Part shown: positions 1 through 8,155 of the stretch, one piece after another
Numbering within the stretch: position 1 is the first letter of the stretch
How the letters are laid out: each line of letters starts with the position of its first letter
DNA from: Massilicoli timonensis
GTDB lineage: Bacteria > Bacillota_I > Bacilli_A > Erysipelotrichales > Erysipelotrichaceae
Length of the DNA: 32,000 nt
Direction of reading: 5' to 3'
NCBI RefSeq assembly: GCF_900199515.1
Contig: NZ_LT963434.1
Location: forward strand, 873,272 to 905,271
Translations under genes and position numbers: made by a program
The notes under the pieces: generated by a model
What the model saw: only the letters and a program-made list of their open reading frames with translations
Told to the model about the DNA's origin: nothing
The model's database searches: none

Positions 1-77
1 TTTATTGACTCCCAGATGAACAAACTCTTGAAGCTCCATTTTTTCCTCACTTCCTTTTCCCCCCCCTATAACAAACA

Positions 78-104
78 AGGCACCTGTCAGTGCCTCATTT
101 TTTT
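78..104. terminator. Bidirectional rho-independent terminator after the HD-hydrolase gene
   Basis: Hairpin AGGCAC-ctgtca-GTGCCT at 78-95. A T7 run follows on the + strand (98-104) and TGTTTGTT follows on the - strand. It abuts the HD gene stop codon (103-105). Confidence 0.55.
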
Positions 105-1044
105 ACTGTTTCTTCGCAATCGCTTCATCTTCCCACTGTTCGATCAAATGATTCGCATCAGCGATGGAAATCGGTTCCAGTTTTTCGATTTCACTGTAAG
201 GGGTCGTGATTGCCTGCCATTTCATCATACTTTTCTGATAACAGTAGCTTTCCTGTCCATTGCTTTGATAAATGGTGTCTTTTTCCTTGAAATAGGACAC
301 GAATAACTCTTTATAAATCGTATTCAGCTCCCAGAACATCGCATAATCCTGAAGCGGCGAAAATGCGTCGATCAGCTTGGAAAAATACCAGCAATGGTGC
401 TGCTTGCCGCGGTTAAAACGATTCCACACCGCCTCGCCCTCCTGTAAATAATTGGCTTTGGTGCTGCGTAAATTGGCGAGCTTATCGGCGCAGGAAATCA
501 TCAGATTATCCAGCGTAGCCTTCGTTTCCAAATAATTGACATAATTCTGTTTGCGCTCTTCCCATGATTTCCCCTCTTCCTGCGTACAGTCTTCCACCAG
601 CATCCGCACGCGTTTGCCAAAGCGCTGTTCCAGCTCTTCTTTGCTTGTTCCCGTATCCTCTAATGTATCATGAAGCAGACCGGCGATGATGACATCTTCT
701 TCAGCGCCCGCATCCGTCAAGATCTGCGCGACCTCAAAAGGATGCACGATATAAGGAATTTTTGTTCCCTTGCGCATTTGTCCTTCATGAGCGACACAGG
801 CAAACTGGATCGCCTCATGCAGCTTCATATACTGTTTGGTCGGCGGTGCACCGGACGCATCCTCCTTGCGGATCAAATGCAGCGCTTCCGCTTTGCTTAA
901 TTCTTGAAAATTCTCTTTGAAGCGCAGGATCTCTCCATACAGATTACACTTCTCAAAGCTGTGCGTAACCTTGGAATAAATAAAGGCCCCTTCTCCCTGC
1001 ACCTTGAAGATACTGCCGGATTCACTCAAATAATAGTTTGCCAC
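103..1044 (-). CDS. SpoT/Mesh1-type HD-domain hydrolase (small-alarmone-hydrolase-like) with extra N- and C-terminal domains, 313 aa
   Basis: Motifs AHEGQMRKG, PYIVHPFEVA, LLHDTLEDT and CADKLANLRS match the RelA/SpoT hydrolase signature (HD...ED, KxADRLxNxR). GTG start at 1044 lies 6-7 nt after GGAGGGG. There is no synthetase domain. Confidence 0.8.
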   Translation of the reverse strand: MANYYLSESGSIFKVQGEGAFIYSKVTHSFEKCNLYGEILRFKENFQELSKAEALHLIRKEDASGAPPTKQYMKLHEAIQFACVAHEGQMRKGTKIPYIVHPFEVAQILTDAGAEEDVIIAGLLHDTLEDTGTSKEELEQRFGKRVRMLVEDCTQEEGKSWEERKQNYVNYLETKATLDNLMISCADKLANLRSTKANYLQEGEAVWNRFNRGKQHHCWYFSKLIDAFSPLQDYAMFWELNTIYKELFVSYFKEKDTIYQSNGQESYCYQKSMMKWQAITTPYSEIEKLEPISIADANHLIEQWEDEAIAKKQ

Positions 1045-1064
1045 TGCTTCCCCTCCTTTTTCAT

Positions 1065-1099
1065 AAAAGGAAAGAGAACCGACAGGCTCTCTTCCTTTT
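1065..1099 (-). other. Imperfect intercistronic stem-loop between the EF-G paralog and the HD gene (possible partial terminator or mRNA-stability hairpin)
   Basis: Minus strand reads AAAAGGAAGAGAGCC-tgtc-GGTTCTCTTTCCTTTT then ATG.. About 15 pairing positions with one bulge and one mismatch. The T-run is part of the stem. Confidence 0.35.
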
Positions 1100-1107
1100 C
1101 CTGCTTG

Positions 1108-3186
1108 TTATTCTTCCATTTCCGCTCTTGCCTGCGCGATCACGCGCTCTGCCAGATTGGCAGGCAATGGTTCATAGCGGTCAAACACCTGTGTAAAGGT
1201 ACCGCGTCCCTGCGTCATTGCCCGCAGCTCGATCGGGTACTTCATCATTTCCGCCATCGGCACATGCGCCTGGATCAACTGATAGCCATCCTGCTGATCC
1301 ATGCCGATGATCATGCCGCGGCGCTTATTGAAATCGCCCATGATCGTTCCGGTATATTCATCCGGCACTTTTACGCTTACCTGCATGATCGGTTCTAATA
1401 AAATCGGATTGGCTTTTGCCATCGCGTCCTTAAAAGCCAGACGTGCCGCCATGATAAACGCCATTTCTGATGAATCGACATCATGATATTTACCGTCCGT
1501 AAGCACCGCTTTGATATTCACCACTTTATAACCGGCAAGCGCACCATGTTCCATACATTCTCGCAAGCCTTTCTCCACTGCCGGGAAGTATTGACGCGGT
1601 ACGGCGCCGCCGAATACTTTTTCCTCAAATACCATTTCTTCCTCGTCTTCATTCGGTGAGAAATCAACGAATACATGTCCGAATTGTCCATGACCGCCGG
1701 TCTGTTTCTTATGACGGCCTTCGCCGGTTACCGCTTTGCGGATCGTTTCCCGATACGGCACCTTCGGTTCTTCCAATAATACCTCTGCTTTATATTTGGC
1801 TTTTAACTTCGCCAAGATCACTTCAATATGCTGATCCCCGACACCGTATAATACCATCTGTTTTGTTTCCGGGTTATTGACGACTTTCATCGTCGGATCT
1901 TCTTCACACATCCGCTGTAAGCCGTTGCTCATCTTATCCTCGTCATTTTTCGTCTTCGGTGAGACCGCCATTGCCAGCATCGGTTCACTGAATTTGATCG
2001 GATCGATCAAGATGCGCCGATCCTTATCACAGAGGGTATCATTGGTCTGCGTTGCCTGTAATTTCACAACTGCCCCGATATCGCCGGTAAACAGCTTACC
2101 GACCGCAGTTTGATGTTTTCCCTTGATGATATAGATCGTATTGATCTTTTCACTGCGGTCTTTATTCGTATTATAAACGAGCGAATCGCTGCTCATGACG
2201 CCGGACAATATTTTCAAATAAGAGATCCTGCCGACAAACGGATCGACGATCGTTTTGAATACCTGTGCGGAAAGCACTTCATTCTCATTGGTTGCCAATT
2301 CTACCGGTTCATTGTTTTCCATCGCCACATAACTGCCGCTTTCTCCATAAGCCGGGAAATATTTGATGATCAGATCCATTAAACGTTCAATACCGGTGGA
2401 ATTGATCGCACTGCCGCTGAATACCGGACGAATCTCGCCGCTGCGCACGCCGATACGCACCCCACGTGTCAATTCTGCTTCCGTAAACGCTTCGCCGCTG
2501 AAATATTTTTCCATCAGCTCATCATCACCCATGGCGATCGCTTCGGCGATCTGATCACGATAAGCCGCTACCTGCTGTGTATAATCATCCGGAATCGGCT
2601 GGGCTTTCTGCGGATCCGCCAACGGTCCTTTGAAATACCACGCTTTATCACGCAAAATATTGATCGAGCCGATCACTTCGCCGTTTTCCCGAATCGGTAC
2701 TTCAAATGGAATGACGCTTTTGCCAAACGCATCGCGCAGTCCTTCATAAGCCGTTTCAAAAGAAGCATGGTCTTCATCTACTTTATTGATGAAGAAAATC
2801 GTCGGCAGTTTATGTGCCTGTGCCGCTTCCCACGCTTTGATCGTACCGCTCTGCACACCGTCCTTTGCCCCGACAACGATGAGCGCATTATCGCCGACCG
2901 CAAGTCCTGCCTCCTGTTCACCGATGAAATCCAAATAACCCGGTGTATCGATGAAATTGATCTTGTTCTCCTTCCATTCGATCGGCACTAAACTCGTATA
3001 GACAGAAATACCGCGTCTGATTTCTTCCGCATCATAGTCGATCAGTGAACTTCCTTCACTGGTCTTGCCAAAGCGATCGCTCGCATTGGTAAAGTAAAGC
3101 ATCGCTTCCAATACTGCCGTTTTCCCTGCACCGGAGTGTCCCAATACACTGACATTGCGCACTTCATGAGCTAAATAATCCCGCAT
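1108..3186 (-). CDS. Divergent elongation factor G family GTPase (EF-G paralog), 692 aa
   Basis: P-loop GHSGAGKT, G3 DTPGYLDF, G4 NKVD, G5 GSA. Domain IV loop is HKKQTGGHGQFGHV. Domain V is EF-G-like (EPIMQVSVKVPDEYTGTIMGDFNKRRG). RBS GGAGGG lies 7 nt upstream of the ATG. Confidence 0.9.
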   Translation of the reverse strand: MRDYLAHEVRNVSVLGHSGAGKTAVLEAMLYFTNASDRFGKTSEGSSLIDYDAEEIRRGISVYTSLVPIEWKENKINFIDTPGYLDFIGEQEAGLAVGDNALIVVGAKDGVQSGTIKAWEAAQAHKLPTIFFINKVDEDHASFETAYEGLRDAFGKSVIPFEVPIRENGEVIGSINILRDKAWYFKGPLADPQKAQPIPDDYTQQVAAYRDQIAEAIAMGDDELMEKYFSGEAFTEAELTRGVRIGVRSGEIRPVFSGSAINSTGIERLMDLIIKYFPAYGESGSYVAMENNEPVELATNENEVLSAQVFKTIVDPFVGRISYLKILSGVMSSDSLVYNTNKDRSEKINTIYIIKGKHQTAVGKLFTGDIGAVVKLQATQTNDTLCDKDRRILIDPIKFSEPMLAMAVSPKTKNDEDKMSNGLQRMCEEDPTMKVVNNPETKQMVLYGVGDQHIEVILAKLKAKYKAEVLLEEPKVPYRETIRKAVTGEGRHKKQTGGHGQFGHVFVDFSPNEDEEEMVFEEKVFGGAVPRQYFPAVEKGLRECMEHGALAGYKVVNIKAVLTDGKYHDVDSSEMAFIMAARLAFKDAMAKANPILLEPIMQVSVKVPDEYTGTIMGDFNKRRGMIIGMDQQDGYQLIQAHVPMAEMMKYPIELRAMTQGRGTFTQVFDRYEPLPANLAERVIAQARAEMEE

Positions 3187-3198
3187 ACCGTTTCCCTC

Positions 3199-3867
3199 CT
3201 ATTTCAAGATCGGCTTTAACTGAGCCAAGCAGTGTTCTCTTACATAGTGGATCGCCTTGTTTCCTTCTTTATCCACCATCTCTTTGTCCGCACCGGCCGC
3301 TAACAGTTCTTCCACAAGCGACACATATCCACCGTATGCGGCACGCATCAGCGCCGTACAACCATTGTTGTCAAACGCATTCACATCGGCGCCGCGGCTG
3401 ATCAGCAACCGAATCGTATCCTTCTTGAACGCCACGCACGCTTCCATCAAAGCCGTACGTCCCACTTCATCCTGCGCATTGATATCCGCACCATGATCCA
3501 GCAACAGTTCACAGCAGCGATCCTGTCCTAAAAAAGCCGCCCGCATCAACGCATTGCGCCCGCGATCATCCTGTTTATTGACATCGGCGCCGGCTTCGAT
3601 CAGCTTCTTACAGATCGTTTTATTGCCTTTTTTCGCTGCGCCCATGATAGCGGTCTTTCCTTTATGATCTTCGATGTTTACATCGGCGCCGTTATCCAGC
3701 AATACGCGCACGATATCCTTATAATCACGTTTTGCGGCACGCATCAGTGCCGTTCTGCCGTCGCCGTTTTGATAATTGATATCCACTCCTTTTGCCATTT
3801 CCGCGCATACTGCGGTAAAATCACCGTTTCCGCAAGCGTCCCAAAATACTTTGTTGAATTGATCCAT
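3199..3867 (-). CDS. Ankyrin-repeat protein, about 6 ANK repeats, cytoplasmic, 222 aa
   Basis: Tandem ~33-aa repeats of the form G-(R/K)TALM-AA--G----V--LL--GADVN. No signal peptide. RBS AAGGAGGAAGG upstream. The stop lies 12 nt before the EF-G paralog start. Confidence 0.9.
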   Translation of the reverse strand: MDQFNKVFWDACGNGDFTAVCAEMAKGVDINYQNGDGRTALMRAAKRDYKDIVRVLLDNGADVNIEDHKGKTAIMGAAKKGNKTICKKLIEAGADVNKQDDRGRNALMRAAFLGQDRCCELLLDHGADINAQDEVGRTALMEACVAFKKDTIRLLISRGADVNAFDNNGCTALMRAAYGGYVSLVEELLAAGADKEMVDKEGNKAIHYVREHCLAQLKPILK

Positions 3868-3920
3868 GATACCTTCCTCCTTTTATATGATATTTGATCA
3901 TGAAAGATAAATAACGGGGA

Positions 3921-3957
3921 TAAAAAATGACGCAAGCATATTAACACCAGCGTCATT
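3921..3957 (-). terminator. Hairpin plus T-tract between the leader ORF and the ANK gene (candidate attenuator terminator)
   Basis: Minus strand reads AATGACGC-(16 nt loop)-GCGTCATT followed by TTTTAT. The first stem base is the last base of the sORF stop codon TGA. Confidence 0.5.
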
Positions 3958-4031
3958 CAGAAAGCCCTGTCGAAAACTAGGTTGTCGCCAACCGCAATAG
4001 GATTTTTGTTGTTGCCGCCATAACTCATCAT
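3957..4031 (-). CDS. Candidate 24-aa leader peptide / small ORF (MMSYGGNNKNPIAVGDNLVFDRAF)
   Basis: Not in the supplied ORF track because it is too short. ATG-ATG start with AGGAG 10 nt upstream. It lies downstream of a sigma-A-like promoter, and its stop overlaps the terminator stem. Confidence 0.4.
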   Translation of the reverse strand: MMSYGGNNKNPIAVGDNLVFDRAF

Positions 4032-4067
4032 GACAATCACGCTCCTACTTGTTTTCTTTGTACTTTT

Positions 4068-4095
4068 ATTTTACTATGAATTTCATTTTATGCAA
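4068..4095 (-). promoter_or_regulatory. Sigma-A-type promoter for the leader ORF / ANK operon
   Basis: Minus strand reads TTGCAT (4090-4095), 16-nt spacer, TAAAAT (4068-4073). I found no other convincing promoter between here and the ANK start. Confidence 0.5.
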
Positions 4096-4193
4096 GCGTT
4101 TTCACTCATTTTCATCAACTTTTCAAGATTCCCGTTTCCCTTAACGCATAAGCAAGGGTTTTATCCTCATACTAATCATGAGGTGATATACAA

Positions 4194-5708
4194 ATGAAAC
4201 GTTCTTACTGGATCAAAGAACCTTCTGTAGCTTACACGTCACTAAGCGATTCTATCCATGTGGATACGCTGGTGATCGGCGGCGGTATGTGCGGTTTGAT
4301 GTCCGCCTATTATTTGAGCCATACCGATCGCCGGATCGCTTTAGTAGAGGCAGAAAGGATCGGACAGGGGGCAAGCGGCAGAAACACCGGCAAGCTGTCG
4401 GCACAGCAGGGCTTTCTTTACAGCGATCTGATCAAGACCCACGGTGAAGCAAAAGCACGGCTTTACTATGAAGCAAACCGTGATGCCATTACCGCTTTGG
4501 AAGATCTGATCAACGATGAAAAGATCAACTGTCAGTTTCGGCGTGTAGATGCAATGTTAATGGCGCTTGACGAGCGGGAACAAGAAGCACTAGAAAAAGA
4601 GCGGCAGGCATATGATGCTTTGCGGATCCCTTATGAAGTCGTTACTCAGCCGCCCTATGAGATGCCTTTTGTCAAGGGATTGAGAATGATGAAACAGGCG
4701 CAGTTCCACCCTTATCACTTTATGCTGGAATTAGCACAGCGTATGCATCAAAACGGTGTTGCCATTCATGAGCACAGTCCCGTAACTGCGATCAACAAGC
4801 AGAAAGAGGGTTACGCCATTACCTGCAACAACTGCACGATTCATGCGAAATCAATCATCATGGCAACACATTTCCCGATCAGTGACCATGGCAATCTGTT
4901 TTTTACCAAGGTGGATTTCGTACAGGGCGATCTGTTGGCTGCCAAAAGCGCCTATCCGCTGCATGATACGATGATGATCAACATCGACAGCGATCACATC
5001 TTTTCAGCGCGCACGCAGATAGATGATGATGGAAGCGTATTGGCCATTTTAAGCGGCAATCAGCATCATGCCGGTTTTATGACTTTGGAAGATCATGACC
5101 GGTGGGTCAAGATGTGCACCCGTCAGTTTCAGCTGAAACAGCCGATCCTTACATGGCGCAATCAAGATTATGTATCACATGACCGTTTGCCTTTCATCGG
5201 CAATCTGATCGCCGATGATCCAAGCATACAATTCGCAAGCGGATTCGGTAAATGGGGCAATACGATGAGCGTGGTCGCCGCCAAGACAATGGTCGCCAAT
5301 TTACTGGTGGAGATGACGCCCTACGCAGCGCTTTTTGCACCCCATCGCCGTCAGGTAATCTTTCAAAGCAGTTATTTCCTTGGAAATATGAAGATGATCA
5401 AACATTACTTGACCAGCCACATAAAATCCTTTTTCCCTGATCACTACCCTTTTCATGTGCGCACCTTCCATGAAAACGGCACCGTTTACGGTGCGGTGGA
5501 AAAAGATGGGAAGCTGTCGATCGTCAATATCCGCTGTCCCCATCTTGGCTGTATCCTTAACTACAATGCCGTTGATGAAACATGGGACTGTCCATGCCAC
5601 GGTTCACGCTTTACTTATGATGGAAAACTGATAAAAGGACCTGCCGATCAAGACCTTCATGACATCGAAGAAGCACCGAATACGATCGATCCTCATATAA
5701 TAGACTAG
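4194..5708 (+). CDS. FAD-dependent oxidoreductase with C-terminal Rieske [2Fe-2S] domain (YhfW-like), 504 aa
   Basis: N-terminal dinucleotide fold VIGGGMCGL. C-terminal Rieske motif CPHLGC...CPCHGS. RBS GAGGTG lies 8 nt upstream. Confidence 0.85.
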   Translation: MKRSYWIKEPSVAYTSLSDSIHVDTLVIGGGMCGLMSAYYLSHTDRRIALVEAERIGQGASGRNTGKLSAQQGFLYSDLIKTHGEAKARLYYEANRDAITALEDLINDEKINCQFRRVDAMLMALDEREQEALEKERQAYDALRIPYEVVTQPPYEMPFVKGLRMMKQAQFHPYHFMLELAQRMHQNGVAIHEHSPVTAINKQKEGYAITCNNCTIHAKSIIMATHFPISDHGNLFFTKVDFVQGDLLAAKSAYPLHDTMMINIDSDHIFSARTQIDDDGSVLAILSGNQHHAGFMTLEDHDRWVKMCTRQFQLKQPILTWRNQDYVSHDRLPFIGNLIADDPSIQFASGFGKWGNTMSVVAAKTMVANLLVEMTPYAALFAPHRRQVIFQSSYFLGNMKMIKHYLTSHIKSFFPDHYPFHVRTFHENGTVYGAVEKDGKLSIVNIRCPHLGCILNYNAVDETWDCPCHGSRFTYDGKLIKGPADQDLHDIEEAPNTIDPHIID

Positions 5709-5742
5709 TCATGATAAAAATGACGAATGTTCCTCTTCCTTC

Positions 5743-5770
5743 AAAAAAGACTGTCTCGCAGTCTTTTTTT
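5743..5770. terminator. Bidirectional terminator between convergent genes
   Basis: AAAAGACTG-tctcg-CAGTCTTTT with an A-run before and a T-run after. Confidence 0.7.
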
Positions 5771-5847
5771 CTATCAATCAGGTATTTCCTTTTGTTTGAT
5801 GCATACGAAGCAGCCTAGTGCTCTTGCGGTGAATCACGATCCCTTTT

Positions 5848-6819
5848 TCAGCGAAACATCAGATCCTCATCAAATTGGCGATACCCGCTTTGTCGATCGA
5901 CCATATTCAACAGTGGCTTTCCTTTCATAAAACGCTCTAAGTTTTCTTTTACCAGACAAAGGAAGCGGTTGCGCGTTGCCCGAGCGTTCCAGATTCCCGC
6001 ACAATGCGAAGTAAGAAAAACATTGTCTAAGTCCCATAGCGGATGGGTCTGCGGCAGCGGCTCCTGTTCGAATACGTCAAGACAGGCACCGCCGATCGTT
6101 TTCTGTTTCAACGCTTTGATCAAAGCTTCTGTATCAACAGCGCTGCCTCTGCCGACATTGATCAAGACCGCGTCTGTTTTCATCCTTTCCAGCATGTCCG
6201 CATTGATGATATGATGTGTGCTTTCATGCTTTGGCAGACACAAGGCGACGACATCACAGCGCGGCAGGACATCAGCCAAGGCCTCTATGCCATACTGCTC
6301 CTCAATGTAAGCAGGCCGTTTTTCCTGATGATGACGACGGATCCCGATCGTATAGGCACCCATCGCATGCATGCGTTTGGCAAAGGAAGAGCCGATATCC
6401 CCAAGCCCCAGGATCAGCACATTGCATCCGTCGATCGAGCGCACTTCACCGCTGTTTTCCCAGATCCGCTGCTGCTGATGCGCTTGACAGGTCTTGAAGC
6501 GGCGAAACTGAAAGAGCAGCGCGCCGATCATATGTTCACTGACAGACAAGCCATAGGTTCCGCTCGCATTCGTCAAATACACCGTTTCAAACATCGGATC
6601 ATCATAGTACGCATCACTTCCCGCACTCATCAACTGCACCCATTTTAACCGCCGGCATTGTTTTAGCTGTTCTTTGCCGGGATTGCCGATGATGATATCA
6701 GCATTCACAAGCTGTTCCTTACTAGGTGTTTCCGCATACATATAATGGGCAAACAAATACGACTCCAGCCGCATTTTTTCATCTTCATTTAACGATACCA
6801 TGACCAAGATCCGTAACAT
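5848..6819 (-). CDS. D-isomer-specific 2-hydroxyacid dehydrogenase family protein, 323 aa
   Basis: NAD-binding GLGDIGSSFAKRMHAMGA. Catalytic-region motifs NVGRG..VD and TSH. RBS AAAGGAG lies 7 nt before the ATG at 6819. It overlaps the MATE gene 3' end by 35 nt. Confidence 0.85.
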   Translation of the reverse strand: MLRILVMVSLNEDEKMRLESYLFAHYMYAETPSKEQLVNADIIIGNPGKEQLKQCRRLKWVQLMSAGSDAYYDDPMFETVYLTNASGTYGLSVSEHMIGALLFQFRRFKTCQAHQQQRIWENSGEVRSIDGCNVLILGLGDIGSSFAKRMHAMGAYTIGIRRHHQEKRPAYIEEQYGIEALADVLPRCDVVALCLPKHESTHHIINADMLERMKTDAVLINVGRGSAVDTEALIKALKQKTIGGACLDVFEQEPLPQTHPLWDLDNVFLTSHCAGIWNARATRNRFLCLVKENLERFMKGKPLLNMVDRQSGYRQFDEDLMFR

Positions 6820-8155
6820 CTAAACGCTCCTTTCTTTCCTTTCGCATATAGGCGATCACCATCCCGCCGCCAAGTAAAAAGGACGTCCCTTCCGCCGCGC
6901 TCACGCTGAGCCATACCCCGTTCATCTGATAAGCGGTGCTGAGCAGAGCTAAATAAAGCAGGACCAGCACAAAACCGCGCAGAAGGCTAAGTCCCATCGA
7001 GCGATACGCCAATTCGATCGACTGGAAATAATACATCATCATCGTATTGGCGCAGAGAAAAGGCAAGCAGAGAAAATAAAGCCGCACGCCTCTCGCCGCT
7101 ATTTCACTAAGCGAGCGATCTCCACTCGCAAACAGCGAAACGACCGCATTCGGAAAAACGGCCATCATGAGGTAGGCACCGATACCGCTCATGCAGGTGA
7201 TGCCAAATGCCACATAGAAGCTATGCCGCACCCGTTTGTAATGTCCGGCACCGAAATTCGTGGAAAAAAGCGGCTGGGCCGCCTGGGCAAAGCCATTGAT
7301 GATGCCTTTTGCGACATAGGCGATATTGGTAATGATGGCATAGGCCGCCAAATACAGCGCGTCGCCGACCCGCAGGATCACATAATTCATGACGACCACC
7401 ACCGCACTGACACTGATTTCCATCAATGCGCTTGCCATGCCATTCGCAAAGATCCGCCCTAACAGCGAAAAGGAAAAGCCGTGTTTTGTGAAGCGCAGGG
7501 AGCAGTCCTTTTTGAAAAAATGTGTCGATAACAGGAAAACGGCAATGATCGGCGCAATCCCGGTCGCGATCGCCGCACCCTGCATCGCATCATCCAGCAG
7601 CACGACAAATACATAATCTAAGACGATGTTCGTGAAATTGCTGATCAGCATTGCCGCCATTACCAAATTGGGTGCATGATCACCGCGTATCAGTACTTGC
7701 AGCGCATAAGACAAGACCGCAAATACGCTCAATAAATGAATCGGCGTCATATAATCGACGACATATGGCAGCAATTCTGCGGTTGCCCCTAAAAACAAAG
7801 CGATCTCCTCCATAAAAAGAAGTCCCACGATCGTCATAAGCAAGGTAACAACGATCGTAAACAGCAGTGCCAGCGTAAAAGCCGCATGCTTTTGACGGAG
7901 CTTGTTTTGTCCCTCTAAAATAGAGATGGTCGTTGCCCCGCCGATCCCCATAAGCAAACCGAATGCCGAATAGAAGGTAAAGATCGGCATTGCGATATTG
8001 AGCGCCGCTAAGCCAACGCTGCCGCTTCCCCGCGCAATAAAATAAACATCAGCCAGACAATACAAAGACTGAGAAGCAAGCGCGATGATCGTGGGAATCA
8101 GATAGCGGATATAAACACGCGATACCTTTCCTTCCAACAAGCCTTTCTGCTTCAT
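6785..8155 (-). CDS. MATE family efflux transporter, 456 aa
   Basis: About 12 predicted hydrophobic helices. MATE-like N-terminus (YIRYLIPTIIALASQSLYCLADVYFIARG). The ATGA overlaps the U32 stop. Confidence 0.8.
   Translation of the reverse strand: MKQKGLLEGKVSRVYIRYLIPTIIALASQSLYCLADVYFIARGSGSVGLAALNIAMPIFTFYSAFGLLMGIGGATTISILEGQNKLRQKHAAFTLALLFTIVVTLLMTIVGLLFMEEIALFLGATAELLPYVVDYMTPIHLLSVFAVLSYALQVLIRGDHAPNLVMAAMLISNFTNIVLDYVFVVLLDDAMQGAAIATGIAPIIAVFLLSTHFFKKDCSLRFTKHGFSFSLLGRIFANGMASALMEISVSAVVVVMNYVILRVGDALYLAAYAIITNIAYVAKGIINGFAQAAQPLFSTNFGAGHYKRVRHSFYVAFGITCMSGIGAYLMMAVFPNAVVSLFASGDRSLSEIAARGVRLYFLCLPFLCANTMMMYYFQSIELAYRSMGLSLLRGFVLVLLYLALLSTAYQMNGVWLSVSAAEGTSFLLGGGMVIAYMRKERKERLDVTDLGHGIVK

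Noticed and set aside
1-66. Possible start of another minus-strand gene (ATG at 40-38 after GAGG; MELQEFVHLGVNK...) and a C8/G8 homopolymer at 59-66 between it and the upstream terminator
   Set aside because: Only 13 codons are visible before the window edge, so the gene cannot be supported. The homopolymer lies outside any visible ORF or promoter spacer, so a phase-variation claim would be speculation.
3744-3956. 70-aa minus-strand ORF spanning the leader region and the ANK start
   Set aside because: It starts inside the terminator hairpin, has no RBS and overlaps the ANK gene out of frame. The ANK frame has unmistakable repeats.
3868-4067. Possible riboswitch (for example a ykkC-type ppGpp/PRPP element, tempting because of the downstream HD hydrolase) or a T-box in the operon leader
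   Set aside because: I could not find the conserved ykkC core (…CTAGGGTTCCG…/ACGR/GGGA elements) or T-box features (AGAGA box, GGTGGTACCGCG-like T-box sequence). A translated sORF plus terminator explains the region better. A covariance-model scan (Rfam/Infernal) would settle this.
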